Assembly: GCA_024137785.1 (NCBI GenBank)
Contig: JAHRHZ010000115.1
Span: forward strand, 418,668-482,667
Reading direction: 5' to 3'
From: Ginglymostoma cirratum
Lineage: Eukaryota
DNA length: 64,000 bases
Shown here: positions 1 through 11,347 of the stretch, in pieces
Layout: each line of letters starts with the position of its first letter
How positions within the stretch are numbered: position 1 is the stretch's first letter
Translations under genes and position numbers: made by a program
Notes under the pieces: generated by a model
Database searches by the model: none
What the model was told of the DNA's origin: nothing
The model's input: the letters and a program-made list of their open reading frames with translations, nothing else

Positions 1-1070
1 TCCTCCTTGTCTGAGGCCCAAACTTGAATCTTTCTTCATTGTCTGTCCGGTCTCCCCTTAAGTACTCTGACCTCATCTTGACCACGAGCACCAAATTCTG
101 AGTCCAAAATTATTCTGTATGAATTCTAAGTAGCCAGTTTCCTCGTGCCATAAAAAGGTGGTCTCTTCAGGTTCTGTCCCTCTTTCCTTTCAATCTGACA
201 TCACCGCATTCTCAAAGAAAACAAGACTTTAACCCCTCCTTGCTAACTGCTGCCCCCATTTCCAACTTGCCTTTCTTTCCTTTAAAGTAACGTCATCTCG
301 AACACTTGCGTCCATCTTTTCCGGAACGTCACGTAATGTCCCTGTCAGTGAGCACAAGCAGCTCCTATTAAAATTATAAACTACATCCTTTGTGACTGTG
401 TCAAAGGTAAACCTACACATTCCATCTTCCTCAGCCTATCGTAGCCTTTAACAAAATTGCCCAAAACATGGCGCTCCAGTTCTGAAGAACAGTAATGTAG
501 GACTCAAAGTAAACATTCTTTCTCTTTTCACAGATGCTGAATTTCTCCAACATTCTCTGCGCTTGTTTCAACTTCCCAGAATCCACTGTACTCTGCTTGT
601 CATTGTTCCAACACCTCTCCACTGTCTGTCATCGAGCTGTGTGGGGTTACTCTCTCCTGATCTTGTTCTTCCCTGTCTGATCATAACACTGGCAATTCCT
701 TCTTCTCCCACTCACACAGTTGTCTCTGGTGCTCCCAGAGCATCTAGCCTTGGCCTCTATTTCTCATCTATATGCTGCCAACAATGACAGGTTCTGAAAG
801 TATCGTTTCAGTTGTTAGATGTTCACTGACAACTCCCAGCTCAACCTTAGCACCATTTGAAAAATCATCACTGTCAGCGTACCACAAAAGTTCAGAACAG
901 ATCTTTCTAGCTTCTGTGGAGTACTTTTTCTTCTTTCAGCTCCCTAAATCTATAATCCCTTTCCCACATACACCTCCTCTTCCTCTCTGCTCGTTGTTTC
1001 AGATTCTGGGTCTGGCCACCTACCAATTCTTTTCTCCTCTCATACTCGGTCTCTGTTGTCCTTAAAATGG
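1..1070 (+). mobile_element. Highly decayed L2-type LINE RT region, interrupted by a short Penelope-derived fragment (about 478-600)
   Basis: 195-290 translates, with frameshifts, to a remnant of the 'ITPLLKK..LDP..LANYRPISNLPFLSKV' RT motif. Confidence 0.55.
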
Positions 1071-1404
1071 TGACTTGGGCCGTGGTTCAACACTTGCTTT
1101 ACTAAAATTCAAAAAAAAAAAACCACAGCTTTTATGTCTTCATTATTGACTTTGAATATTTGCAAAGAATCATCTATTCCTGAATGTGGAGAGGAACAAG
1201 TCCAGTAGTAAGCTCAGAGTTTCCTCCTTCCCAGGGCTGTTCTACCAAGTGTGTCTCGGAGTTACATTGATACAGCCTCCTTCTCTTCCTCTGTGATCCC
1301 TTACTGAACTATAGCAATAATCGGTACAACAAATCAAAGACTGGAGTTTAACGTACAAAATATATCAATTACTTTCACGGGAGTACAAGCCCATATTAAA
1401 TCAC

Positions 1405-2841
1405 ATCGAGTCATAACCTCATGAGGTACGGAAACAGACAGACCAAGTTTCCCAAACTAAACTAGCCCCACTTGCCTGTGCTTGCCTCATATCCCTCTAA
1501 ACCTTTCGTATTCATGTACTTATCGAAATGTCTCTGAAATGTTGTAATTGTACCCGCATCGACCACTTTTTCTAGCAGTTCATACCATACATGACCACAA
1601 CTCTGTGTGGAAAAGTTGCCCATCAATTCCCTCTTAAATTTTTCTCCTCTCACTTTAAAAATTTATTCCCTAGTTTTGAACACACTTGCCCTGTGGAAAA
1701 GACCTTTGTTATTCATCTTATCTATGCCCCTTGTGATTTTGTAAAACTTTATAAGGTCAACCCTCAACCTCCTATGCTCCACTGAAAAATATCTCAGCCT
1801 ATCCAGCCTAACTCTCCAGTCCTGGCAGTATACTGGCAAATATTTTGTTGCTGTAATCAAGACATCATTGTTTATTTCTCCGAGTTCCCTAGTTTCCATT
1901 TCTTTCTCCACAGTATAAACTGACATGAAATATTCGATTAGTATCTTTCCCATCTCCTGTGGTTCCACACACAGACAACCTCATTGATCTTTGAGAATCC
2001 CTATCTTCTTCCGAGTTATTCATTTGTTCTTAATGTACTTGTAGACCCTCTTTGGATTATCCTTAACATTACCTATCAAGGCTATATCATTTCCTCTTTT
2101 TGCTCTCCTAATTTCATTCTTAAGAATGTCCCGACATCTCTTATACTCTTCAAGAGATTCACCTGTTCTCAGTTGTCCATACCTAATTTATGACTCCTTC
2201 TTTAGTCTTAACCAGAGTCTCAGCCTCATCATTCCTTCATTGATCCCGACACTTCACAGTCTTACATTCACTCTAAAACGAACATAATGGCATTGAACTC
2301 TCGTTGTCTCCCTTTTGAAAGCTTCACACTTGCCAGCCGACCCTTTACGTGCGAACTATCTACTTTCACCAATCCTTGAAAGTATTTGTGTCGTACTATC
2401 AAAATTTACCCCACTCCAATTAAGAATTTTAATTTTTATGCAAGGCCTGTCCTTTCCATTATTTTAAAACGAATCGAATTATGACGATTATCCCAAAGTG
2501 CTCCACTGTTACCACTTGATCCTCTTTCCTGCTTTATATCACGAGAAGGCCAAGTTTTGCTTCTTCTCCAGGGGTTACATCTACGTATTGATAAATGAAA
2601 TTTTCTTGAACACGTAATAAATTCCTCACCAGCCAAGCCCTTAACACTGTCTCAATATATGGATGGAAGATTAAAATTTCCTATTATTACAACCCAACAT
2701 TCTTACATATAAAAGAGACTTTTCTGCATATTTGTTCCTCAATTTCCATCTGGCTGCTGGCGGGGCACGCGGGAGGCGGGTGGCGGGAGAGGGTGTCTAT
2801 TAAAATCACATCAAGATGATCACCCCCTTCTTATTTCTGAG
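1405..2841 (-). mobile_element. CR1 LINE remnant, internally deleted
   Basis: ORFs 1462-1653 and 1663-1968 match the CR1 ORF2 C-terminus (RLRVDLIKFYKITRGIDK) and the MEPQEMG linker. CR1 3' tail at about 1405-1480. Confidence 0.85.
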
Positions 2842-3241
2842 NNNNNNNNNNNNNNNNNNNNNNNNNNNNNNNNNNNNNNNNNNNNNNNNNNNNNNNNNNN
2901 NNNNNNNNNNNNNNNNNNNNNNNNNNNNNNNNNNNNNNNNNNNNNNNNNNNNNNNNNNNNNNNNNNNNNNNNNNNNNNNNNNNNNNNNNNNNNNNNNNNN
3001 NNNNNNNNNNNNNNNNNNNNNNNNNNNNNNNNNNNNNNNNNNNNNNNNNNNNNNNNNNNNNNNNNNNNNNNNNNNNNNNNNNNNNNNNNNNNNNNNNNNN
3101 NNNNNNNNNNNNNNNNNNNNNNNNNNNNNNNNNNNNNNNNNNNNNNNNNNNNNNNNNNNNNNNNNNNNNNNNNNNNNNNNNNNNNNNNNNNNNNNNNNNN
3201 NNNNNNNNNNNNNNNNNNNNNNNNNNNNNNNNNNNNNNNNN
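2842..3241. other. Assembly gap (400 N)
   Basis: N run. Other gaps at 17827-17836 and 32358-32525. Confidence 1.
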
Positions 3242-5798
3242 ATGCTTGTTATCTCGGATTCTCCAGCATCTGCAGTACCTTTTATCTCTGAAAAGAAAAA
3301 CAGACTCCATTCTCTCTACTCGGGTCTTACCTGGGCTGTTGTACCTTCAGAGTATTTTCTGTTTGCTTTTTGATTGATAAAAATTCATCTCACCGGCTGT
3401 TTTGTACTTGTCAATCATTTGTCAATGGTTGTTTGCCTTTTCAGAATGTAAGTTGCCTTATTGAGTACATTCTCGGAATTCAGCGTTTGGAGTCCTTGTT
3501 GTGCCTCAGTCTATAAAGCACAATTGCAGAAAAATGTCAATAACGACTTAAGGTAAAATATTGTGATATTGAGAGAACAGCATTGAACTTCAAAATTTTA
3601 CAGCGAGTTTGCAGGAATGGAATTCAATTGGAAATCAGCAGTATTTCCAGTACTTCTGCTCTCTGCCTTACCTGATCGACACAGATCTCTGATGTATAAT
3701 TTTTGAGGGTGGGGTTATTCAATTGACATCATTCCGTTAGGTAGATATCAGTCTCATGGAGGTGTGGCATGATTTTATCTTTTGTCTTGAACTCTGAAGA
3801 ACATACAATTGTAAATGTGCAGAATCAAAGGTGTGCAGGAGCGGAGGATCCTCCGTGCATTTGTGTACAAGTCAGGGAATGCACCAAAACATGTCATAAA
3901 TACCGCTGTAGAGCAGAAATACAAGGGAATTAGGTTCAACTGAAATAAAACAGTCCCTTGTCTCACGTGGAAAATTGCGTGTAGTTTCAAATGTCACATA
4001 CTTGAAAGAGTGCAAATTCAGGGCAGAGGATGCATGACTGATTCACAACACTGTTCCCAGCATGATGCACCTCACCGACTTTGAGCTGTTGGTACCATTC
4101 TTCTCTGTTGAACAGCAATTTTCAATTTGTATTAACCTTTAAACTTCTGATTGATTTTAGTGAAGTCGGATAGGGAGAAACTGCTTCCACTGAAGATGGA
4201 TTGAGAACATTCAGCCGCTGTTCAGGTATAATTGGCAATCGAAACAACACAAAATTAGTTAAAGTGAAAATTATTTTAATGCAGCGAGTTTTTCAGACAA
4301 TTAACACTCCTGGCGAGTGTGCAGCGGACTTGGGACTTTTTGTGGCTCTCAAAAATGTGTTGGCATTTAGTCTGGCTTGATCCTTTGAAAGAGCAGTTGT
4401 GATTGATCAGAATTGATGTCAGTGTCCGTGAAACAGTAACCATAAAAATCGGTCCTAGCATCTCCCACGTTAAGCAGCGCTCCACAATTTCTATTGCAGT
4501 TTTTCTCCAATGCTTTGCATGCTATCAATTCATTTACCATTTTCACTCCCACTATTTCAAACAGCGCGTGTATTTCTTTTAAACATTTTGCATGTTTAAT
4601 AATTCCAGCTGCGATGAAATTATACGACTCTTGCTCCAACAGTTTGGAAGAGCCCCTGTGAGTGCCCAATGTTACTCAGTGAGCAATGCGTTTTAAATGT
4701 GAGAATTTGCACTTGTGTTATTATATGTATTTAAGTGGATTATTAATCTCTTGTTGAGGTATAATGTTCACGTTTAAGGATTAAATGGTAAATTAAGATA
4801 AACTGGAAAGCTTATTTTTGACAAGTTCTCATCATGCCTGGAATAATTATCAACAGTTGGGTGCTCCAGGCTGTCTATAGCAGTTTTCATCAGGGATTCA
4901 GTTTATAAATGTAGCTCCTAGAATAAATAAACATTAACTAGCGGAGAAGGCTTCAGCATCTATAGAACAGACCACATCGGTCCCAAAGGCTGAATATTTC
5001 CAGTATTTTTGATCTCTGCCTTGCCTGATCGATATTGACCTCTGATGTATAATTTTGGGGGTTTCTATTCAGCAATATCCCTGCGTCAGATCTGCCACAG
5101 TTTCATTCCCTGGGATTTTGACAGCTGTGGTGTGTCAAAAAGATCCCAGGATGTGCTCCATGAGACTTATGTGTGAGAAAAACTCCGGTTCTAAGAATCA
5201 ACCCTTGGCTGGGCCATGTGTTGCGTCTGTACACCTGACTGAAGGTTGGCATTATTGGCTGATAAATGTTTATTTGGATATTTTATGTGGCGATTTATCC
5301 ATTAGGAACCCAATCTCTGCCGACTTTGGGATCATTTTTGCTTCAGGCAGAGTAGAGTAAGCTTTCTAACACCCTTGCCTGCCTTTAACAGGCTTCCACT
5401 AAAGCTGTACTTGTGATTTTCATAATTACTTTCCCGACACCGTGACCGTTTGTGCATAAGGGGAAACATTAAGGGCCTCGTTGCACTCTACGTATTGTGC
5501 CTCTGGATTATTGCATAAGACTTACCAGGTGAAAGATGGATTTAAATTAGAGGGCCGCAAGGTGGCAAAACATTAACCTAAATGTCTGGATAAAACACAA
5601 CCAAACAGAAGTGAAAAACATTTGGCTGGGAATGGAGTGGGACATGTAAACTTGTGAAAATGTATCATTACTGATGGGGCTTGAAGAAATAATTAAGCAA
5701 ACTCAAAGTTCGTACATATTCATTCAAGATTTATTAACTATTTCTGACAGCAGTTTTGACGAAATCTTTATGTTAAAGTTGACAGAAGTGAATATAAT

Positions 5799-6760
5799 AG
5801 AGATAACAAGGTGTGGAGCTGGATGAACACAGCAGGCCAAGCAGCATCATAGGAGCAGGAAACCTTGACTTTTCGGGCCTAGACCCTTCATCAGAAATGG
5901 AGGAGGGGAAGAGGGTTCTGAAATAAATAGGGCGAGAGGGGAGGCGGATAGAAGATGGATAGAGGAGAGAATAGGTGGAGAGGAGACAGACAGGTCAAAG
6001 AGGCGGGGATGGAGCCAGTAAAGGTGAATGTAGGTGGGGAGGAGATAGGTCAGTCCAGGGAGGACGGACAGGTCAAGGGGGCGGGATGAGGTTAGTAGAT
6101 AGGAGATGGGGGTGCGGCTTGAGGTGGGAGGAGGGGATAGGTGAGAGGAAGAATAGGTTAGGGATGAGGGGACGAGCTGGGCTGGCTTTGGGATGCAGTA
6201 GGGGTAGGGGAGATTTTGAAGCTTGTGAAATCCATGTTGATGCCATTGGGCTGCAGGGCTCCCAGGCTAAAAATGTCTTTGGTGGTGGGGTCGGATTGCA
6301 GATGGCGGAAGTATCCGAGGATGATGCGTTGGATCTGGAGGTTGGTGGGGTGGTACGTGAGGACGAGGGGGATTCTTTTTTGGTGTTATTGCGGGGACGG
6401 GGTGTGTGGGATGAGTCGCGGGTAATGTGGGAAACATGGTCGAGGGCGTTCTCAACCACTGCGGGGGGACGTTGCGGTCCTTGAAGAATGAGGACATCTG
6501 AGATGTACGGGAGTGGAATGCCTCATCCTGGGAGCAGATGCGGCAGAGGCGAAGGATTTGGGAATAGGGGATGGTATTTTTGCAGGAAGGTGGGTGGGAG
6601 GAGGTGTATTCTAGTTAGCTGTGGGGGTCGGTTGGCTTGAAATGGATTTCGGTTTCTAGGTGGTTACCCGAGATGGAGACAGAGAGGTCCAGGAAAGTGA
6701 GAGAGGTGTTAGAGATGGTCCAGGTTTAAATGGTTCACGACTGGGAGGAGCAATTGTTTG
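5799..6760 (-). mobile_element. Penelope-like retroelement fragment (family A), internally deleted and rearranged
   Basis: Same terminal repeat and coding pieces as 53791-55735. Most of the GIY-YIG domain is missing at a junction near 6268. Confidence 0.85.
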
Positions 6761-6959
6761 TATAATGACTGAATATAATGACAGAATGTCACATTGAGAT
6801 GAGCACGCATGCGCTCTGAGCTGTGAATTTTGTGCACATCTGGAACAGTCATAAGAAGGAGAAAATACGGGCTCAACATGAAGGATAGGCAACCAATCTG
6901 AATAAGGAACAAGAACACCAAAAAAAGCAACTGTACTTCAAACAATTGGGAAGCTGCAT

Positions 6960-6965
6960 ATTATT
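6960..6965 (-). terminator. Possible variant poly(A) signal for membrane mu transcript
   Basis: AATAAT about 190 nt after the TM2 stop, followed about 30 nt later by a GT/T-rich element (6900-6930). Not a canonical hexamer. Confidence 0.3.
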
Positions 6966-7151
6966 ACAGCCATAATGATCTGAACTGTATCAAATAAAGT
7001 AAAATATAAAAGCCATCGATTATTTTCGCAGTTACACACTCATAAACCGAAGTTATCTCCCTGCTCGAGCTAACAACGGGACAGATTACAAACTTGGAAT
7101 TCAAAGGCCTCGATAACCAGATGAGGAAAATTGACCAGGTCCGAAATTCAT

Positions 7152-7160
7152 TCACTTGAC
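7152..7160 (-). CDS. IGHM: IgM TM2 exon (VK-stop; KVK cytoplasmic tail)
   Basis: TCTTTTCTAG|GTC AAG TGA, 139 bp after TM1. Confidence 0.9.
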   Translation of the reverse strand, partial: VK

Positions 7161-7299
7161 CTAGAAAAGAAGAATAAAATGATGATGTAGATGTTTATCA
7201 TCGGGGCATTCAGGTTTTAATTTTTATTCAATGACAGACTTAGAGCTTTCACAAACCATATTGGCCTGTTTGAAGTGTGAACGATTTGATTATTCTTAC

Positions 7300-7433
7300 C
7301 TTCACCAGAGTGAAGGCAGCACTATAGAAAATACTCAGGAAGAACAGGGTGATGAAAGTAGAAGTAGAAGCAGTTTTCCAGATGTTGCCGTTATCATCCT
7401 TATTGTCTTCAGTTTCAGTGCGATCTCTTGAAT
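7300..7433 (-). CDS. IGHM: IgM TM1 exon
   Basis: TTCGTAG| acceptor. Translates DSRDRTETEDNKDDNGNIWKTASTSTFITLFFLSIFYSAAFTLVK with the CART motif, then a |GTAAGA donor. Confidence 0.93.
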
Positions 7434-8639
7434 CTACGAATATAAAGCTGAGGGAATGTATTTAGATTGTTTATGTTGATCCAGTCTGATATATCTGCAT
7501 CTAAACAATGTGACCGTTACATCTTCTTGAAGCCATCAGGTTGTTCTCAAATTTGACTCCGTATCTATTATCTCAGCAATAACTTGCTAATATTAACTGC
7601 AGATGTTCTTCCTTTATTATCTCTGTCAAATTATTTTGAATTATTTCATCATTTAACATAACATTGGGAATATAATCATTGTTACCATTCGAGGAACATT
7701 CAATGGGAACGATTACATTAAATATATCATTATGTTTTCGATTTAGGCAGTGACAATTGTTTAGTTGAAAATTGTGGCCACCTCTCCATAAGACTTCAAA
7801 TGTGATTGTTCATCTTCTTCACTTATTTGTGACTAATTGCTTGGCAAATCATGAGCATAAATTAGATCCACAGTGAGAACATTGCTTCATACTTTTGCTT
7901 GTCGAATCTGTATGCGTTAGGAATAACTTCTTGTGCATGTGTACCTTGGTTTACTTTTGTATACAGCTTGGTGTGCATGGTTTTCCTTTAATATTTGTGT
8001 ATGTGGTTATTCTCCGTGTCGATGTTGGAGATTGTGCATGAATAAACATATTCATGCTCCTTTAGTGCTGGCATGTTCATTTACATGGTTGTGCTTTTGT
8101 AAGTATATTTTGTTCATTTCGCAATGTGTAAGAATCATTGTGTTAATAAGTCATTTCATTCGTTGATGCTTATGTTTATCTTTTAATGTCTTTGCGATTT
8201 CTTCTGCGTTAGTGATACCTGAAATATGTGTCCATTTCAGATCCTACCCGCGTTAGGTTATTTTCATGTTGTGCTCCATAAATGCATTATGTTAGCTTGC
8301 AACTTCATCTTTTATAGACCTTTATATTAATGTAATGATGTCTATTTGCGTGTCAGTGTATCCTAAACTATCTCCTGACATGCTTACTTGTGTTATTGCA
8401 TTTGGATGTTTGCTGACGCTTGTGTGAGTCCTTTTTTTGGATAAGACACACTGTTTGTTGATCTATGCACTTGCATGGTTGCATGTGCAACACATAAATT
8501 GTCTGTATGCTTGCCAGTGTTTACTTGCTAATCAATATGGTTTAAAAATAAATAATTAAGCTACCTTTCTCCTTACATATTTATGTTTGCGAAAGTGGGA
8601 TAATAATGAAATTAGTGTTTATCTCTGTGCTATTATATA

Positions 8640-9030
8640 TCTCTTTTGTGTGTGTCGGGGGACATTTCTCAGATGTTGTATGTGTGTGTGTATGCATGTA
8701 TGTCTGTACATTTATGGAATATGCATGTACATGTATTCATGGTGATTTGCGTGTTAAAGTGCATCTATGTTTTAAATGGTTATCTGTGGGAGCCCCTGTT
8801 CATTGGTGTGTATGTGCATTTCTTTCTGTGTACGTACGTTTTTGTGAGTGTTCACATGAGTGTTCATGTATCATATGCATGTGTGTCTCTGTGTGTGTGT
8901 GCGTGTGTGACGGTTTATCTGTATACACATTTATGTGTGTGCATATGCATGTCCCTTTAGGTGAGAGCCTGTAAATGTGTGTCTTTACGTGTGCGTTTGT
9001 GAGCATGTGTCTGTATCTGTGTGTGTTTAT
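8640..9030. repeat. Degenerate (TG/TA)n low-complexity tract; weaker signal extends back to about 7900
   Basis: Alternating purine-pyrimidine runs; V/C/M/Y-rich spurious ORFs. Confidence 0.85.
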
Positions 9031-9167
9031 GGGCTTATACCAGACCGTGTTCATTTTTATTGTTGTTCTAATTTTAGTCGATTGCCAACCATTAGGTGTG
9101 ACTCTGATGATGCAGGGAACATTCCTCGCGGCCTTGGTAGATAAGTGTTCTGTGAACGACTTCTTTT

Positions 9168-9252
9168 GTTGCAGTGATAGAATTTCTGCCTCTGAGCAAG
9201 AGGCCTGAGTTCAAATCCCCACGACTCGAGGGATGTATAATAAAATTGATTA
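9168..9252 (+). mobile_element. tRNA-derived SINE remnant
   Basis: A-box-like GTTGCAGTGATAG and B-box GAGTTCAAATCCC. A related copy lies on the minus strand at 23610-23715. Confidence 0.6.
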
Positions 9253-10184
9253 GGAAATATCTTCAATTGCTCTGTACATGAAACAAAATGACTTCAGGTG
9301 TTCGAATACGAGAATTGATCCCATGTGCTCCAGAAAACGAAATCAACACTGTGGAACAAAAACTGGGACAATGCAATCAACAGTTTAGTTTTGGATAATG
9401 GGGAAATTAAAGTTAACAGATGATTAACGAGTCAGGCGCGTCCAACACCCTTCAAAGGAATTATTTTGGTGGAAATTTTAAATCTTGTAACAGAAAGCAA
9501 GAAGCCGACTGTTCCTGTGAGCTACTAGTTCACTTTACAGAGGGTATCTAACATGAAACTTGCGCGGGCAGGAAGAGTGCAGTCTGTTGATCATTCTCCT
9601 CTCCTTTCCCTCTGCTCGACAATAACAAATTTTCTTTCAGCTCTCTTTGGTGTAAAAGTTCCGATACATTCTGTCGTGTGATGCACTGGTGTGAAATCCC
9701 TGGCAGTTCCCCAGAAACAAAGGTTAAATTCAAGTTACTTCGTACTCGATGCGATTGCTATCCACAGCAATTCTTTCCTGTTGGCATGTCCCAATCAAAA
9801 ATAAATTTAAAAGTCTCTTAAGTTTATGTGAAATTTTGCACTTTAGAGCTGACGTGAATTTTGTCTGAATGGGCAATTGGGGAATCAGGAACACCAACAT
9901 CAATGTGCATGGTGTTCATTAGTCATAAAACGGGAATTTCCAGATTTCGTCTGAGTGGTATTTAAGATGGAGAAGGTCCTTTTCGGAACTCTGCAACGAG
10001 TGAGCTTTACTCTGTCTCTGACCCAGTGTGTGTCTAAGCAGGAGCATTGACTGGAGAAGACACGAGTCCTAAAGCTGTTCATAACCGATTTTAACAGGGA
10101 TAATGGAATATTAGTGGGAATCACAATTAATTAAATGGTTATGTATTTAAATCACAATTGGAGGAAAGAACACACTTTGTTACT

Positions 10185-10190
10185 TTTATT
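10185..10190 (-). terminator. Polyadenylation signal of secretory mu transcript
   Basis: AATAAA 27 nt after the tailpiece stop, followed by a GT/T-rich stretch. Confidence 0.75.
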
Positions 10191-10217
10191 GAATTATTAA
10201 ATGTATCTTTGAGATTT

Positions 10218-10606
10218 TCATTGACATGAATTAATTGTGTCCATCAGTGCAAGTGAAATGCTCACAAAACTCGGTTTGCCGCTGGGTTTATCAACCGTTC
10301 TGTTCCATCTTCAGTGGAATCACTTCATGTCCGACCACACAGGACTAAGAAGCACCGCTGGCCCACTCCTCCACTGCCATGGCTAACAGGCTGTACATGA
10401 AGAAGGCTGTGTTGTCGCTCTCTGCCATCACTTCAGTGTTCTTGAAATTACTGGGATTCACCGGCTTGTCGTTGGTTGTCCACTTGACAAAGATGTGTCG
10501 GGGGAGAAGCTTCTCTCTAAACAGGTAAGGGAGACAAACCTCTGAGCAGAGACTTCTTCTGTCGGTGGCAGGAGGACAGGCACTGATGGCTCCAACGGAT
10601 TTATTA
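10218..10606 (-). pseudogene. IGHM: Cmu4 exon plus secretory tailpiece, disrupted
   Basis: [36 protein letters not shown] [1-bp deletion] [14 protein letters not shown]...[21 protein letters not shown] [frameshift] [28 protein letters not shown]. The penultimate Cys of the tail is present. Confidence 0.94.
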
Positions 10607-11041
10607 CTGCAGAATATTTGGAACAAATATAAATGAATTTTAAACTTGCAGGATCAATATTGAGATTTCACCAAACATTAAAATATTCATTTTTTAATTT
10701 GGGATTTGCTCATTTTTATTTTCTGAAGGAAAAGAATGGTATCCAATCTTGTCATTTAACAAATACGGTTCAGTTTGAAAATCGCCTCCATGTTTCCAGC
10801 CCAGAAGTAGGAAATTCTGTCCATTTGTTGATTATGTTACAAACCCCCAGGTTTCTTCCGATCTTATTTGATATAATCATTATAAAGAATCCTTCAATTC
10901 ATTTTATTCTTATCAGCTACTTAGCTATCCTGCCGCGAAATACATTAATTCTCCCAAAAGTGTTAGTTCATAACCAATACGAAGCATGTAATTGTTCTAA
11001 ATTAGACAGGTGATAACTTGTGCTTTCATCTCTTCGCTCAC

Positions 11042-11347
11042 CTTTCTCCTTGTGGATGGAGTTTCTCAGAGGAGTCGGTAGATACTGATGGTTTACCACA
11101 CATTCAAAATTATACCCACTCAGCCAGGCTTCAGTAGAAATGTCTAATTTGCTGATCACGCTGCCGGGATCCTTTCCCACTTGGTCAGCAATCTCTGATT
11201 TCAGAGGCTTCTTTCCTTGTGTCCAGGTGACGTTGACTCCAAAAAGAAGATTGGAAACAACGCAGTTTAATGTTACCGTCGTCTCCAGTAAGACCTGTTC
11301 GACGGGCGGCGGTGTTATTTTAACGGCATAATCGCGGCTCTCCGTAA
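11042..11347 (-). CDS. IGHM: Cmu3 exon (open frame, inside pseudogene)
   Basis: [47 protein letters not shown]...[28 protein letters not shown]. 306 bp, TGCAG| acceptor and G|GTGAG donor. Confidence 0.93.

Noticed and set aside
2816-3373. ORFs spanning N runs (also 32288-32632)
   Set aside because: Artefacts of assembly gaps.
10305-10504. The two Cmu4 frameshifts might compensate and restore the tailpiece
   Set aside because: The shifted frame hits TGA at 10458-10460 before the second indel.
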